Assembly (NCBI GenBank): GCA_017480095.1
Contig: JAFVBG010000002.1
Coordinates: forward strand, 3,728 to 67,727
DNA from: Candidatus Saccharimonadota bacterium
GTDB lineage: Bacteria; Patescibacteriota; Saccharimonadia; Saccharimonadales; Saccharimonadaceae
DNA length: 64,000 nucleotides
Reading direction: 5' to 3'
Made by a program: the position numbers and the translations under genes. Of the stretch, positions 1 through 9,452 are shown piece by piece. The notes under the pieces are model-generated. The model had not been told where the DNA came from. It did no database searches and saw only the letters and a program-made list of their open reading frames with translations. Each line of letters opens with the position of its first letter. Within the stretch, counting starts at the first letter, position 1.

Positions 1-35
1 CTGTAGAGACTTCGCTTTCCGCAATCATATTAAAC

Positions 36-1196
36 CTACTCATTTTTTGCCTCCGCTTCTTCGCTGAATAAGTTTAGATATTCTCTATATACCCATTTTT
101 GTGCATACGGCTTATCACCAGTTTTTATTGGCTCCAATATACCCATATCTTTCATGCGATCGATTGCTTTATATACTCCGCTTTGTTGATATCCGGTCCA
201 TTTTTGAATATCGGAAACACCCACGACTGGCATTTTATATAATCCAGTCAATATCTTGAGAGTAGCTTCTGATGCCACACGATTGAGTTTTTGAACTTTC
301 ATCATATCTCTTTCGCGTAGTTTCGTAATTTTTGCGCATGTTACGATGGCGGAATTAGCAATTTCAATTACACCATCAAGGAAGAAGTCAACCCATTCTT
401 CTACTTCGCCATTATGGTAACCGTTAAGCCGAGAGTAATAAACTTCTTGATATTTCTTAAAGTAAGATGACAAGTATAAAACTGGCGATTCTAGTAACTT
501 TTGTTGCCATAAATACATCGCAACAAGCATACGACCGGTTCTACCATTTCCATCATTGAATGGGTGAATGGTCTCAAACTGAGAGTGAATGAGTGCTGTT
601 TTTATTAGTGGTAGATAGTCGTCTTTGTCGGAGTTGATAAATAATTCTAAATCACCAAGTGAGCGTTTCATTTCAACAACGGTTGGTGGAACATATTTAG
701 CGTTATCTGGGCGTGTTCCACTAATCCAGTTTTGTTTTTTGCGAAATTCTCCAGGGTAAGAGAACTGTGTTGATCTTGCACCCTGCATTAGTTTTTCGTG
801 AAGTTCCTTGATAAATCTTAGGCTAAATGGAAATTCCTCGATTCGTTTTAGGCCGTAGTTTAAGGCTTTAATGTAGTGTAAAATATCATCAACGTCTTGT
901 GGAAGATCGACGCTCGGTTCGACATTCTCCCTCTCAATCGAGTCCATCATTGTTGCGTTCGTTCCTTCGATTTGACTTGAAGACGATGCGTCCTTCCTAA
1001 GAAACATTAAGATGAACCAATCTTTATCCGGTAGTAACTCTGTGATGCCGTCGAGTTTACCGAGGACGCGCATAGCTTCTGAATGTTTTTTGATCAGTTG
1101 ATCACTAAAAACAAACTTGTCCTTTGGTGGAAAAGGATCAGGGATAAAAGCCTTGTACCCCTCTGGTTGACTTATGTATTTTCCTACACTATTCAT
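36..1196 (-). CDS. Fic family protein (class II type, N-terminal inhibitory helix, probable C-terminal HTH)
   Basis: Fic motif HPFNDGNGRTGR; inhibitory (S/T)xxxE(G/N) motif SSQIEG. Start moved from 1235 to ATG 1196 because a promoter occupies 1226-1255. Confidence 0.9.
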   Translation of the reverse strand: MNSVGKYISQPEGYKAFIPDPFPPKDKFVFSDQLIKKHSEAMRVLGKLDGITELLPDKDWFILMFLRKDASSSSQIEGTNATMMDSIERENVEPSVDLPQDVDDILHYIKALNYGLKRIEEFPFSLRFIKELHEKLMQGARSTQFSYPGEFRKKQNWISGTRPDNAKYVPPTVVEMKRSLGDLELFINSDKDDYLPLIKTALIHSQFETIHPFNDGNGRTGRMLVAMYLWQQKLLESPVLYLSSYFKKYQEVYYSRLNGYHNGEVEEWVDFFLDGVIEIANSAIVTCAKITKLRERDMMKVQKLNRVASEATLKILTGLYKMPVVGVSDIQKWTGYQQSGVYKAIDRMKDMGILEPIKTGDKPYAQKWVYREYLNLFSEEAEAKNE

Positions 1197-1271
1197 ATCG
1201 TGGAACTTTCTTTTTACTTTTCCACATTTTATCATAAATCGTGGAAGTTTGTCAAGACTTTTCCACGATTT
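1197..1271 (-). promoter_or_regulatory. sigma70 promoter of fic overlapped by two tandem palindromic operators
   Basis: Minus-strand TTGACA (1255-1250), 18 nt, TG-a-TAAAAT (1231-1226). Palindromes ATCGTGGAA-N14-TTCCAC at 1197-1225 and AAATCGTGGAA-N14-TTCCACGATTT at 1236-1271. Confidence 0.65.
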
Positions 1272-1289
1272 TTAACGTAAGAATTATAG

Positions 1290-2486
1290 TCAGATGACAC
1301 TATTTTCTGAAAAGGTAAGCAGTTTGTCGCGGTAATATTCGTATTGTTTATGGCGTGCTTTGATCTCCGCAGGAAGACCAGACACTATGTCGTTAGTTAG
1401 CTTGTCAAATTCGTCTAGCGTCGAGGCAATCTCTTTTTGTTTTTCCAGTGTAGGAATTATAAACGAATACTCCATTATAGCTGCTTTATCGCCTCGTGGC
1501 ATTTTTGAGCCCTTTGACTTACCATCATTGTATTCAAAGAGCTTTTCTGACGACAAAACATGATATAAATACCTACTATTGAGCTGTTCGAAGTCATTAC
1601 GTATAACGAGAACGTCGCCGCTTGCACCACCGGTGTTATTTGCGAACCATATCTTTCTTAGATATGGTCTAATATTGCCAATCAAGATATCTTCTGGCGA
1701 ATATTTTGTCCAATTTCCACTCTCTGGTATATGTTCGGAAGTGGTTTTACCGAGCTTGTTTTGAAGAAGATTGTCTACTCCGACAAAGGTATTTCCATCA
1801 AGCTCGCTAGACGATATCCTGGATTTCGAATATCCCGCAACCAAATTTAGTTGCACTAGAGTGCAACCAAAGATGTACTGGCGTAGCTTAGCTACTCCTC
1901 TCTCTCTCTCGGTGTCGCCGCCGACAGCTGCGTCGAATCTTAGGAGCCTATTACGATAGTACTCGTATTGCTTTTGACGCGCTTCGATCTCGGCAGGGAG
2001 TCCGATATTCAGATCGTTACAGACGGCGTCAAAATTATCTAGGACGTAAACAATGCGCTCTTGAATCTTTTTTGACGGAACCGGAATTGAAATATCTAGA
2101 ATCTCATCTTTTTTAAGGTTAGTCTGGTCGGTTCCGTTGTCGTAACGAAGAAGTTGAGGATTGCGGTTGAGAATGTAAAATAAATACTTATTTATTACTT
2201 TCTCATTATCTTTGTTGGTAAAGGCTCCAATTCGCTGATTAAGCGAATATCGGTCATCTTCGTCGATTAGTCTACACTTTGCGAGAGCTTTCCCGTTAGG
2301 GAGATCGCTCATGACTAGGCAGATGTCATCTTTGAATAGTGGGCAAATTTGAGAATCAGTGTATTTTGCCACTTTTCCATCCGTGGAGATATATTTTGAA
2401 TTTACGACTATGAATTGCCCATCCGGCACAATATTCTTCTCATGGCCTTTGCCATTTCTAAAATCCGCCAATTCACGAAGTGGCAA
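1290..2486 (-). CDS. hsdS: Type I restriction-modification specificity subunit HsdS, TRD2+TRD3 portion (in frame with the upstream TRD1 ORF)
   Basis: Two TRDs, each followed by the conserved helix LPAEIEARQKQYEYYRNRLL / LPAEIKARHKQYEYYRDKLLTF. The TTG start is probably not the ancestral start. Confidence 0.9.
   Translation of the reverse strand: MPLRELADFRNGKGHEKNIVPDGQFIVVNSKYISTDGKVAKYTDSQICPLFKDDICLVMSDLPNGKALAKCRLIDEDDRYSLNQRIGAFTNKDNEKVINKYLFYILNRNPQLLRYDNGTDQTNLKKDEILDISIPVPSKKIQERIVYVLDNFDAVCNDLNIGLPAEIEARQKQYEYYRNRLLRFDAAVGGDTERERGVAKLRQYIFGCTLVQLNLVAGYSKSRISSSELDGNTFVGVDNLLQNKLGKTTSEHIPESGNWTKYSPEDILIGNIRPYLRKIWFANNTGGASGDVLVIRNDFEQLNSRYLYHVLSSEKLFEYNDGKSKGSKMPRGDKAAIMEYSFIIPTLEKQKEIASTLDEFDKLTNDIVSGLPAEIKARHKQYEYYRDKLLTFSENSVI
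1898..1910 (-). repeat. (GA)6G simple sequence repeat at the TRD2/TRD3 junction of hsdS
   Basis: Plus strand CTCTCTCTCTCTC, encodes ERER right after the conserved helix. Confidence 0.8.
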
Positions 2487-2498
2487 CCATTCAACTTG

Positions 2499-2505
2499 CC
2501 CCCCC
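2499..2505 (-). repeat. G7 homopolymer at the TRD1/TRD2 junction of hsdS
   Basis: Plus strand C7; minus GAG GGG GGG CAA, positioned like the GA tract one TRD later. Confidence 0.6.
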
Positions 2506-2555
2506 TCGCCGGCTATATTTTCGAATGAGAGAAGATGGTCACGATAATGCTCGTA

Positions 2556-3086
2556 TTATTGTTTTCTCTTAGCGAGCTCCGCTTCCAGCTCCGTAAAACT
2601 GTTTAACATCCTGACGATTTCTTGCTGAATCTCGAGTGGCGGTACGGGAATTGTGTATTCCTTGCGAATTACACTAGGATGTGCCTTATGCACGTAATCG
2701 AATACTTTCTTACTCCACTCATTAGTGAGCGCAAAATAGAGGTATTTAATATCCATTATTTCTGGTTTGTTTACGGTTAGCCAGCCGCAAACATTCGTAA
2801 CTGAATATTTTGGCGCGTCACGGTAAAAGAATTTTCCGCCGCCATCAATACTCCACGACAGTCGCACATCTTCAAACATATAATCACCGTATGTGCCTAG
2901 TAAACCAGAGCCGACAGCAGAACTTGAATATATGGGATATTCGCCAGGGTTATCCTGAATATCCTTTTTGCTAATTACTTTTCCGCGACCTAGGGTAATT
3001 ACTCCGGAATCTTCCAGTTGCTCTAGAGTCTTATATTCAACGCCATTTGGGCATTTTTCTTTAATCAATTCATCGATTTTATTCAT
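2556..3086 (-). CDS. hsdS: HsdS TRD1 (half subunit), ended by an in-frame TAA inside the conserved helix
   Basis: MNKIDELIKEKCPNGVEYKTL start and IPVPPLEIQQEIV motif. Reading through TAA 2556-2558 gives KRKQ*YEHYRDHLLSFENIAGEGGQVEWLPLRELA with no further stop. Confidence 0.88.
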   Translation of the reverse strand: MNKIDELIKEKCPNGVEYKTLEQLEDSGVITLGRGKVISKKDIQDNPGEYPIYSSSAVGSGLLGTYGDYMFEDVRLSWSIDGGGKFFYRDAPKYSVTNVCGWLTVNKPEIMDIKYLYFALTNEWSKKVFDYVHKAHPSVIRKEYTIPVPPLEIQQEIVRMLNSFTELEAELAKRKQ

Positions 3087-3768
3087 TCCTGATACCTCCA
3101 GTCCTGAATGAAATATGTTTTTCTATAGAGTTATAGGGCTCATGAATAAACCACATTTCGTCATTATTAGCCGCGGAAACAAGTATATATGTTTTGTACT
3201 TATTATGGTCTGGTACCTTATTGATTATGGAAAGCAATTTCGCTTCGTCTATATATGCGAAACTGAACATGAACAGCCAGTATTCTTCAAAAAACTCATA
3301 TTCCGACATTAGCTTTATTTTTTCGGCAATTTTTTTCTCCATAATTTCATAAATGTTTTGAGTATCAAAATCAATAAGCCTACCAACTCCCGCGTCTCTG
3401 ATTTTTCCTGCAAAAATCCCCTTCTTGTCGGCTTTCTTTATGGTTCGCTTGAAGTCTTCGAGATCATTAGTCTTCTTATCTACTTCATCAATAGTTTTTA
3501 GGCTTATCATTTGGTTCTCGTCAATTAATCTTGTAACTTCAATCCCCAAATTAAGATCCTCACTTTGAATGTCCGGCCTCTCGATGTTTTTGCCATGTTT
3601 AAAATACTTTTTCATCATATGTTTACCATAAAGAACTGGTGTAGAAGAAGATGCTACTAGATGCGGGAGTGGTGGTGCATTTTCTATATCGTAAGATAGT
3701 GAGGTTAGAAGCTCGAAAGCTTTGTCTTCTGAATAATCTTTGTCCGTTAGGACTTTGTGCCAATCCAT
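3079..3768 (-). CDS. Hypothetical protein with PD-(D/E)xK-like motif, inserted between hsdM and hsdS
   Basis: AT-rich 230-aa ORF translationally coupled to both neighbours; ERPD-x8-GIEVT resembles a PD-(D/E)xK core. Confidence 0.6.
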   Translation of the reverse strand: MDWHKVLTDKDYSEDKAFELLTSLSYDIENAPPLPHLVASSSTPVLYGKHMMKKYFKHGKNIERPDIQSEDLNLGIEVTRLIDENQMISLKTIDEVDKKTNDLEDFKRTIKKADKKGIFAGKIRDAGVGRLIDFDTQNIYEIMEKKIAEKIKLMSEYEFFEEYWLFMFSFAYIDEAKLLSIINKVPDHNKYKTYILVSAANNDEMWFIHEPYNSIEKHISFRTGGIRNE

Positions 3769-3770
3769 CA

Positions 3771-5336
3771 CTAATCGCCCTCGATTTCTTCGATTATTTT
3801 ATTAATCTTCTGACGGAGTTCGTTCTCGCGAGCGACGATCTCTTTAAGTTCGGCATTGAGTTTCTTGATATCTACTTTTTCGCGAGTGTCTTCTGGTTCG
3901 ACATAGGTAGAAACTGAAAGATTGTAACCTTGTTCGGCTACTTCATCGTTAGGTACTAAACGAACGAGATGGTCGACGTCTTTGCGCTCTTTAACCCATT
4001 CGAGAATCTTCTCAATGTTTGCGTCGGTTAGCTTGTTGCTGTTTGTGACTTTGATAAATTCTTTGCTTGCATCTACGAATAGTGTCGAGTTCTTAGATTT
4101 ATTCTTTCGAAGAACCATGATGCATGTCGCAATGCTGGTACCATAGAACAAATTGTCTGGTAATTGAATAACGGCATCTACAAAGTTGTTATCTACTAAG
4201 TACTTGCGAATCTTTTGCTCAGCGCCACCGCGATACATAATACCTGGGAAACAGACGATTGCGGCCGCACCATTCGTGGCGAGCCAGCTAAGTGAGTGCA
4301 TAATGAACGCAAGATCAGCTTTCGATTTAGGCGCTAAAACACCAGCAGGAGAGAAGCGTTGGTCATTGATGAGAACTGGGTTACTCTCACCTTCCCAGTG
4401 GATTGAGTATGGCGGATTTGATACGATTGCCTCAAACGGTTCATCGTCCCAGTGCTGTGGATCTATGAGCGTGTCGCCGAGTGCGATATCGAACTTATCG
4501 TAGTCAATATCGTGAAGGAACATATTAATGCGGCAAAGGTTATAGGTTGTAATGTTGATTTCTTGGCCATAGAAGCCCTGGCGGACGTTGTCGCGGCCGA
4601 GAACCTTTGCAAATTTAAGGAGAAGTGAGCCTGAGCCACAAGCTGGATCATAAACTTTGTTTACGGATGTTTTACCCATTACTGCGAGCTTCGTAAGAAG
4701 TTCCGATACTTCTTGCGGAGTGTAGAATTCACCACCAGATTTACCGGCGCTTGATGCGTACATGCCCATGAGGAACTCGTAAGCGTCGCCGAATGCGTCG
4801 ATCGTGTTGTCTTGGTAATTACCGAGTCTCATATCGCCAACGCCATCCATAAGCTGAACAAGGTGGTCGTTGCGCTTTGCTACTGAGCTACCGAGCTTAT
4901 TGCTGTTAACGTCGAGGTCGTCAAAGAGACCTTTCATATCGTATTCAGAATCGTGGCCTTTTGCAGAGTCTTCAATGGAGTTTAGAGCTTTTTCGAGTGT
5001 TTCGTTTAAGTTTTCGTCGTTACGTGCGTTCTTACGGACATTCTTAAAAAGTTGGCTTGGCAGAATGAAGAAGCCTTTGGTATCTACCATTTCTTCGCGA
5101 ATCGTTTCGGCCTGTTCGTCCGGAATGCTAGCGTAATCGAAGTTTACATTGCCAGCTTTATGCTCGCCTTCGTTTATGTAATTCGTTAGGTTTTCTGAGA
5201 TAAAACGATAAAAGAGCATGCCAAGGATGTACTGCTTGAAATCCCAACCATCTACCGAACCACGAAGGTCGTTAGCGATATTCCAAATAGTACGATGTAA
5301 TTCTGCGCGCTCCTGTTCTTTTTTAGTGTCGGCCAT
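3771..5336 (-). CDS. hsdM: Type I restriction-modification N6-adenine methyltransferase subunit M
   Basis: [35 protein letters not shown] (motif I), AIVSNPPYS (motif IV). Confidence 0.97.
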   Translation of the reverse strand: MADTKKEQERAELHRTIWNIANDLRGSVDGWDFKQYILGMLFYRFISENLTNYINEGEHKAGNVNFDYASIPDEQAETIREEMVDTKGFFILPSQLFKNVRKNARNDENLNETLEKALNSIEDSAKGHDSEYDMKGLFDDLDVNSNKLGSSVAKRNDHLVQLMDGVGDMRLGNYQDNTIDAFGDAYEFLMGMYASSAGKSGGEFYTPQEVSELLTKLAVMGKTSVNKVYDPACGSGSLLLKFAKVLGRDNVRQGFYGQEINITTYNLCRINMFLHDIDYDKFDIALGDTLIDPQHWDDEPFEAIVSNPPYSIHWEGESNPVLINDQRFSPAGVLAPKSKADLAFIMHSLSWLATNGAAAIVCFPGIMYRGGAEQKIRKYLVDNNFVDAVIQLPDNLFYGTSIATCIMVLRKNKSKNSTLFVDASKEFIKVTNSNKLTDANIEKILEWVKERKDVDHLVRLVPNDEVAEQGYNLSVSTYVEPEDTREKVDIKKLNAELKEIVARENELRQKINKIIEEIEGD

Positions 5337-5376
5337 AAAGTAAACTCCGAGTTAAAATAATAAAAGCTTACTATCT

Positions 5377-5385
5377 ATTATACCA
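5377..5385 (-). promoter_or_regulatory. Extended -10 promoter (TGGTATAAT) of hsdM
   Basis: Plus strand ATTATACCA about 40 nt upstream of the hsdM ATG. Confidence 0.55.
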
Positions 5386-5475
5386 TAAGAACACCTTAAA
5401 ACCCGGCCACTACCGCGAGAAAAGGGGCGCATATAGTGCTACGTTTTCCACAACTATTACATTCTGGTATTTCTG

Positions 5476-5673
5476 CTAAAACTCTCGCCACTCAGTGCTT
5501 TCGCTACTCGGATTCGTTATAGCTATTTGCTTGAATTGACAATCGCCAGGATCTAGGACGAACTCGCCATCCTTGTATTTCTGCTCTGCTGTTTCGTAGG
5601 CCTCATCAGCGCTGTTAGCTTCGATTTCGAAGTCCTTAGCGACGGTTTCTTCTATCGTAATTGTATATTTCAT
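5476..5673 (-). CDS. DpnD/PcfM-like protein
   Basis: MKYTITIEET...EIEANSADEAYETAEQKYKDGEFVLD matches the recognised DpnD/PcfM pattern. Confidence 0.75.
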   Translation of the reverse strand: MKYTITIEETVAKDFEIEANSADEAYETAEQKYKDGEFVLDPGDCQFKQIAITNPSSESTEWREF

Positions 5674-5796
5674 GATCGGATCTTATGATCATTTCGACTA
5701 AAAGTCCACAACAATTTACCATTTCATGTCAAGAAAAAATCCTACCCCTATTTTCTGCACAATAACTTTCAAAACCCGATTGTGTCCAAGTGGATA

Positions 5797-6261
5797 CTAT
5801 CTATTGACTAAATGATAGAATGTTTTGTTAGAATCGTTGCCGTAATGGTTGATATCTTCCGGCTCGGCCCAAAGCGAAAGCTTGTGGACGCGCCATTTGC
5901 CAATGAAAAACATCTGAACTATCGCTTCATTCACGTCGCGGTTATTTAGCGCGCGTGGAATGTATGCGAGGGAAAAGTAGTACCATTTATCGTCTTCGGC
6001 ATCTAACCTCGCAAAAACGCGCTTTCCACGCCCAAAAAGGCGCACATCGAAGCGCTGTGCTAGTGTTTCCAGGGAATAAGTCTTTAATTCGTGTATCGCG
6101 TCGCGGACGGGCGATTCCATTAGTTCCATACGCTCAAACTTATCATAGTCGCGCGAGTTGAACCGGCCGTTATGTTCGAGCATGAAATTTTCAAGTTGTC
6201 GAGCGGTTACCGGTATTGGCTCGCCAGGTTTAGTTTTCTTGAATGGGTGGCGTTTTGCCAT
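5797..6261 (-). CDS. Hypothetical protein
   Basis: 154-aa ORF with AGAGG RBS and an upstream TGATATAAT; no recognised motif. Confidence 0.6.
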   Translation of the reverse strand: MAKRHPFKKTKPGEPIPVTARQLENFMLEHNGRFNSRDYDKFERMELMESPVRDAIHELKTYSLETLAQRFDVRLFGRGKRVFARLDAEDDKWYYFSLAYIPRALNNRDVNEAIVQMFFIGKWRVHKLSLWAEPEDINHYGNDSNKTFYHLVNR

Positions 6262-6401
6262 AATAGCCTCTTTTCTTTAGAGATTGCGCCTGTTTAGGCG
6301 GCGATAGTTTCCAAAGCTATACTTACCAAAATATTTTTGCGTTCTTACATTATATTTTGTATGTATATATAATTATTATATCAAGTAAATAAAGGAGAAT
6401 T

Positions 6402-7184
6402 ATGGAATACAAAGAAAAAGCTCTTGGTACCGGAAAGGTACGCGTCTACACTTTCGGCGACCTAAAATTGCACGCTTACGAAACCGGCGACGGCCTCGCG
6501 GATGAATGCTATGTTATTGAATCTGCTAATGAGCTCGTTGGTATTGAAATCCCGACTTTTGAAGCCAACATTAAAGAATACAAGGATTATATCGATACTA
6601 TCGGCAAACCACTCAATAATGTGTTTATTGATCTGCATCCGGTCGGCGCTAGCTTCTTTGATGGTGTTAAATTCATCGGTACAAAAGGTGCCAAAGAAGC
6701 AATCGCAAACGGCTCTACTCGCGGCACACTCAATGCACTTTCTGGTATTCCGGGTTTCGATAGCAAAGATACTGCAGAAATCTCTGAATTTGTCGATGGT
6801 AAAACTACGATTGACGGTGTTGAGTACGAAATCAAAGATTATGGCGATGAATACGATATCATCATTCCGGCGATGAATGTGGTCTATACCCATATGCTCG
6901 GCTCCATTGTTCATTCTATTGTTGGTGGCGTTGCTGGTGCGGACGCTATGCTCGAGAAACTCAATGGCTACAAAAAGGCTGGTTACGATCTAATCCTAAC
7001 CTCTCACTTTGTTCCGGAAGGTCAAGAAGCGGTTGACGCAAAGATTGCTTATATTGAGAATGAGAAGAAGATTGCAGGCGAGTCCAAGGATGCTGAGGAA
7101 TTTAAGGCTAAGATGAAAGAAGCTTATCCAGATTACCTCGGCGAGAACTATCTTGATATGTCCGCTGGGTTCTTCTTCGCCTAG
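6402..7184 (+). CDS. Metallo-beta-lactamase-fold-like hypothetical protein
   Basis: AAGGAG RBS; degenerate MBL-like segments (VFIDLHP, ILTSHFVPE); resembles a conserved gut-Firmicutes family. Confidence 0.55.
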   Translation: MEYKEKALGTGKVRVYTFGDLKLHAYETGDGLADECYVIESANELVGIEIPTFEANIKEYKDYIDTIGKPLNNVFIDLHPVGASFFDGVKFIGTKGAKEAIANGSTRGTLNALSGIPGFDSKDTAEISEFVDGKTTIDGVEYEIKDYGDEYDIIIPAMNVVYTHMLGSIVHSIVGGVAGADAMLEKLNGYKKAGYDLILTSHFVPEGQEAVDAKIAYIENEKKIAGESKDAEEFKAKMKEAYPDYLGENYLDMSAGFFFA

Positions 7185-8149
7185 GAATGGCGCTCATTAT
7201 TAAATAATGAGGTTAAGGTGTCGTCGGTCTTCGGCGACGCCTTTTTCTTGCCTTTAAGAGCGTTGTCTTTGCGAATCGTAACTATGTCGTGCGGCGTTAG
7301 CTCGCCAATTAGCATAGTTGAATCTGGATTATGGCGGCGCATTTGCTCGTTAATTAGATCTTCATTAAAGTTGGCGTAACAGTATTTACATCGGTGTCCA
7401 CAGGAGTTATATTCGCCAATATCTATCATCTGCACGCAGTGGCATTTACGTTCTTTGCGCGCTGTCCATTCTGGAAAATCTTTGCCAGTTAGCTCTATGG
7501 CTTTAGCGTGTGAAAGGCATTCTTCACCACAAAAACCATATTCAACGAGGTTCCTATCTTCAAAACAAGTCTGGACGGTCTGATTATGCTTTTTGGCCGA
7601 GGCGGAAAATCCCTCGCCAAGAGCTCGATATTCTTTCTCAGTGAATTCATGAAATCCGAGTTCACGTTCGTTCTTGCGGACATTAACGTATAAGTCGATG
7701 AAAGAAACGATAAAATGATTAACGACGCCGTCTAGCTCGGCGCAAAGCTTGTCAAAAGCTTTAAGGTGGTAGTCTAGCGTATATTTATCACTAATAAAGA
7801 TAGGATCGTAGCGAACATACATTCTGTCTGGACCAATCATTTTGGAAATCTTCTTAATATTCTCGATTGTGCGTTTCTTGTCCGGAACGTACGGTTCGAT
7901 ATCTTTTAAATAGCCGGTGAGGGTGACGTGAAAAAGAAAGGGCTGTTTAATTTCTGGCAAAAAGTCGATAATCGGTTCTGGATTTTTAGTGCAAAAGACG
8001 AAAGCGTCGACATCTTTAAACTGGATACGGCTAACTTGTGTAGGATTAAAAGGGTTGCGAACATCGACGAAGCCCTCTTTATAGCGTTTCTTGAACCACT
8101 CCGAATAAAAGGCAATAACGTCGGTGCGGCCAGAAACATTAAGAATCAT
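7181..8149 (-). CDS. DUF1848 domain protein (radical-SAM-like)
   Basis: MILNVSGRTDV.AFYSEWF N-terminus; C-terminal CGHRCKYCYAN (CxxxCxxC). Confidence 0.88.
   Translation of the reverse strand: MILNVSGRTDVIAFYSEWFKKRYKEGFVDVRNPFNPTQVSRIQFKDVDAFVFCTKNPEPIIDFLPEIKQPFLFHVTLTGYLKDIEPYVPDKKRTIENIKKISKMIGPDRMYVRYDPIFISDKYTLDYHLKAFDKLCAELDGVVNHFIVSFIDLYVNVRKNERELGFHEFTEKEYRALGEGFSASAKKHNQTVQTCFEDRNLVEYGFCGEECLSHAKAIELTGKDFPEWTARKERKCHCVQMIDIGEYNSCGHRCKYCYANFNEDLINEQMRRHNPDSTMLIGELTPHDIVTIRKDNALKGKKKASPKTDDTLTSLFNNERHS
7215..7247 (+). terminator. Intrinsic terminator of the MBL-like gene (overlaps the 3' tail of the DUF1848 gene)
   Basis: 12-bp stem AAGGTGTCGTCG/CGGCGACGCCTT followed by a T-run. Confidence 0.7.
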
Positions 8150-8469
8150 AGTTGTTCCTTATAATATTCGCCAAATTTTTTCATCGCTTCGATAGTAGGC
8201 CATAGGGATTTTCCTAGCTCGGTCATACTGTATTCTACCTTTGGGGGAATTTCTGGGTAGACTTTACGCGCTACTAGGCCGTCTTCTTCGAGAGAGCGTA
8301 ACGCGTCTGTTAAAGACTTCTGCGTAGCGCCAAGACTACGTTGTAATTCATTAAAACGCCATGGTCTAGCCATGAGGTTACGGATAATTAGAAGTTTCCA
8401 TTTGCTGCCGACTAATTGAACGGTAGTTGCTACTGGACATTCTGGCAGATCTTTAGCTTTTCTTTTCAT
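8146..8469 (-). CDS. HxlR family winged-helix transcriptional regulator
   Basis: CPVATTVQLVGSKWKLLII...RFNELQRSL...VYPEIPPKVEYSMTELG; ATGA overlap with the DUF1848 gene. Confidence 0.93.
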   Translation of the reverse strand: MKRKAKDLPECPVATTVQLVGSKWKLLIIRNLMARPWRFNELQRSLGATQKSLTDALRSLEEDGLVARKVYPEIPPKVEYSMTELGKSLWPTIEAMKKFGEYYKEQL

Positions 8470-8821
8470 ATATACACTATTTTTGATATGTATATATTAT
8501 ATCATTTTTTCTTAATCTTTAGATTATAATCACTAACTATATCATTGACATTGTACTTCTTTTATTTTCTCCATTGTCATTGTTTTAAGCCTCTGCGGCT
8601 CCAATTGAGCTGTATTTTCTTAAAAGTTCGAATCTCTTTGCCTGTATATGTATACCTCAGAACTCGCACGGCATTAGCACCGGGTAATCTTTCTTAGGTA
8701 TAACCTTAATCTTAGCCGTGTATTCGGGGTGGTCAATACACCAGTCCACCACCATGCAAAGCCGAGCAACAATGTCTGGTCGCCCCTCACCGAATATAGC
8801 GATTATTGAACCCGAGAGGGT

Positions 8822-9034
8822 TTAGCTCTGTTTCAGTCCTTCTATCGTCGCTTTTACTATCTCTACTAGCTTTTCTTTATCATCTACGTCTTCAACTAGA
8901 TACATCGGTTTAGTGCCGTCATAGGGAGTGACCTCAGGCATTTTAAATTGCTTATTCCCTGGCACATTTTTCACAAGCAAGCGATTATCATAAATCCCGC
9001 CGAACAGAAATTGGTTGTTCCATAGAAAATTCCT
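8822..9034 (-). pseudogene. TfoX/Sxy N-terminal-domain family remnant (5' truncated)
   Basis: Own translation: ...FLFGGIYDNRLLVKNVPGNKQFKMPEVTPYDGTKPMYLVEDVDDKEKLVEIVKATIEGLKQS*; no in-frame start codon upstream of the conserved region. Confidence 0.6.
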
Positions 9035-9062
9035 TTATTTAATACTATATCGCTGACACTTT

Positions 9063-9452
9063 TTATTCCCTACCATTAACCAACAAATAGCTTTTCTCAA
9101 CCAGCTCGAATACGGCGTCATTGTCCAACTTTCCGTCCAGCAACACCGAATACCAGTTATTCTTACTCATGTGGTAAGCCGGAAAGAAGTTTTCGTGCGA
9201 AGAAATGAAATCTAATGCTTCGTGCCTATCAAAACGCAAGTTTAGCACCTCGACATCGCCGTCTCGGTCTAGACCGAGCTGTCTTGCGGTTATCTGCGTA
9301 ATCAAGGCAAACCATTTTCTATTGCGGTCGTTCCTAAAAATGCAGAACCCCGGATATTTCTGTCACAAAAACTCCGGCTCGGTGTCATACGCATCCGTAA
9401 TATGGAAAATAACATCTTTCGTCTGCTTTTGCTTATAAATATCTACGCTCAT
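9063..9452 (-). pseudogene. MmcQ/YjbR family DNA-binding protein with an internal TGA
   Basis: AGGAG RBS + ATG 9452. One frame: YDTEPEFL*QKYPGFCIFR...KWFA...PAYHMSKNNWYSVLLDG; TGA at 9363-9365 falls at the family's Trp position. Confidence 0.8.

Noticed and set aside
6315-6385. HxlR operator upstream of the MBL-like gene
   Set aside because: Only a half-site-like TACTTAC and AT-rich promoter elements; no convincing palindrome.
8540-8820. Short peptide-like frames at 8.6-8.8 kb (and at 9.5-9.7 kb)
   Set aside because: Broken frames with no start and no recognisable family; left as uncalled debris.
2556-9365. Alternative genetic code (TAA or TGA read as sense), suggested by the in-frame stops in hsdS and mmcQ
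   Set aside because: TGA and TAA end many intact genes here (hxlR and csn2 end in TGA; uvrA and metG in TAA), so these are isolated nonsense codons.
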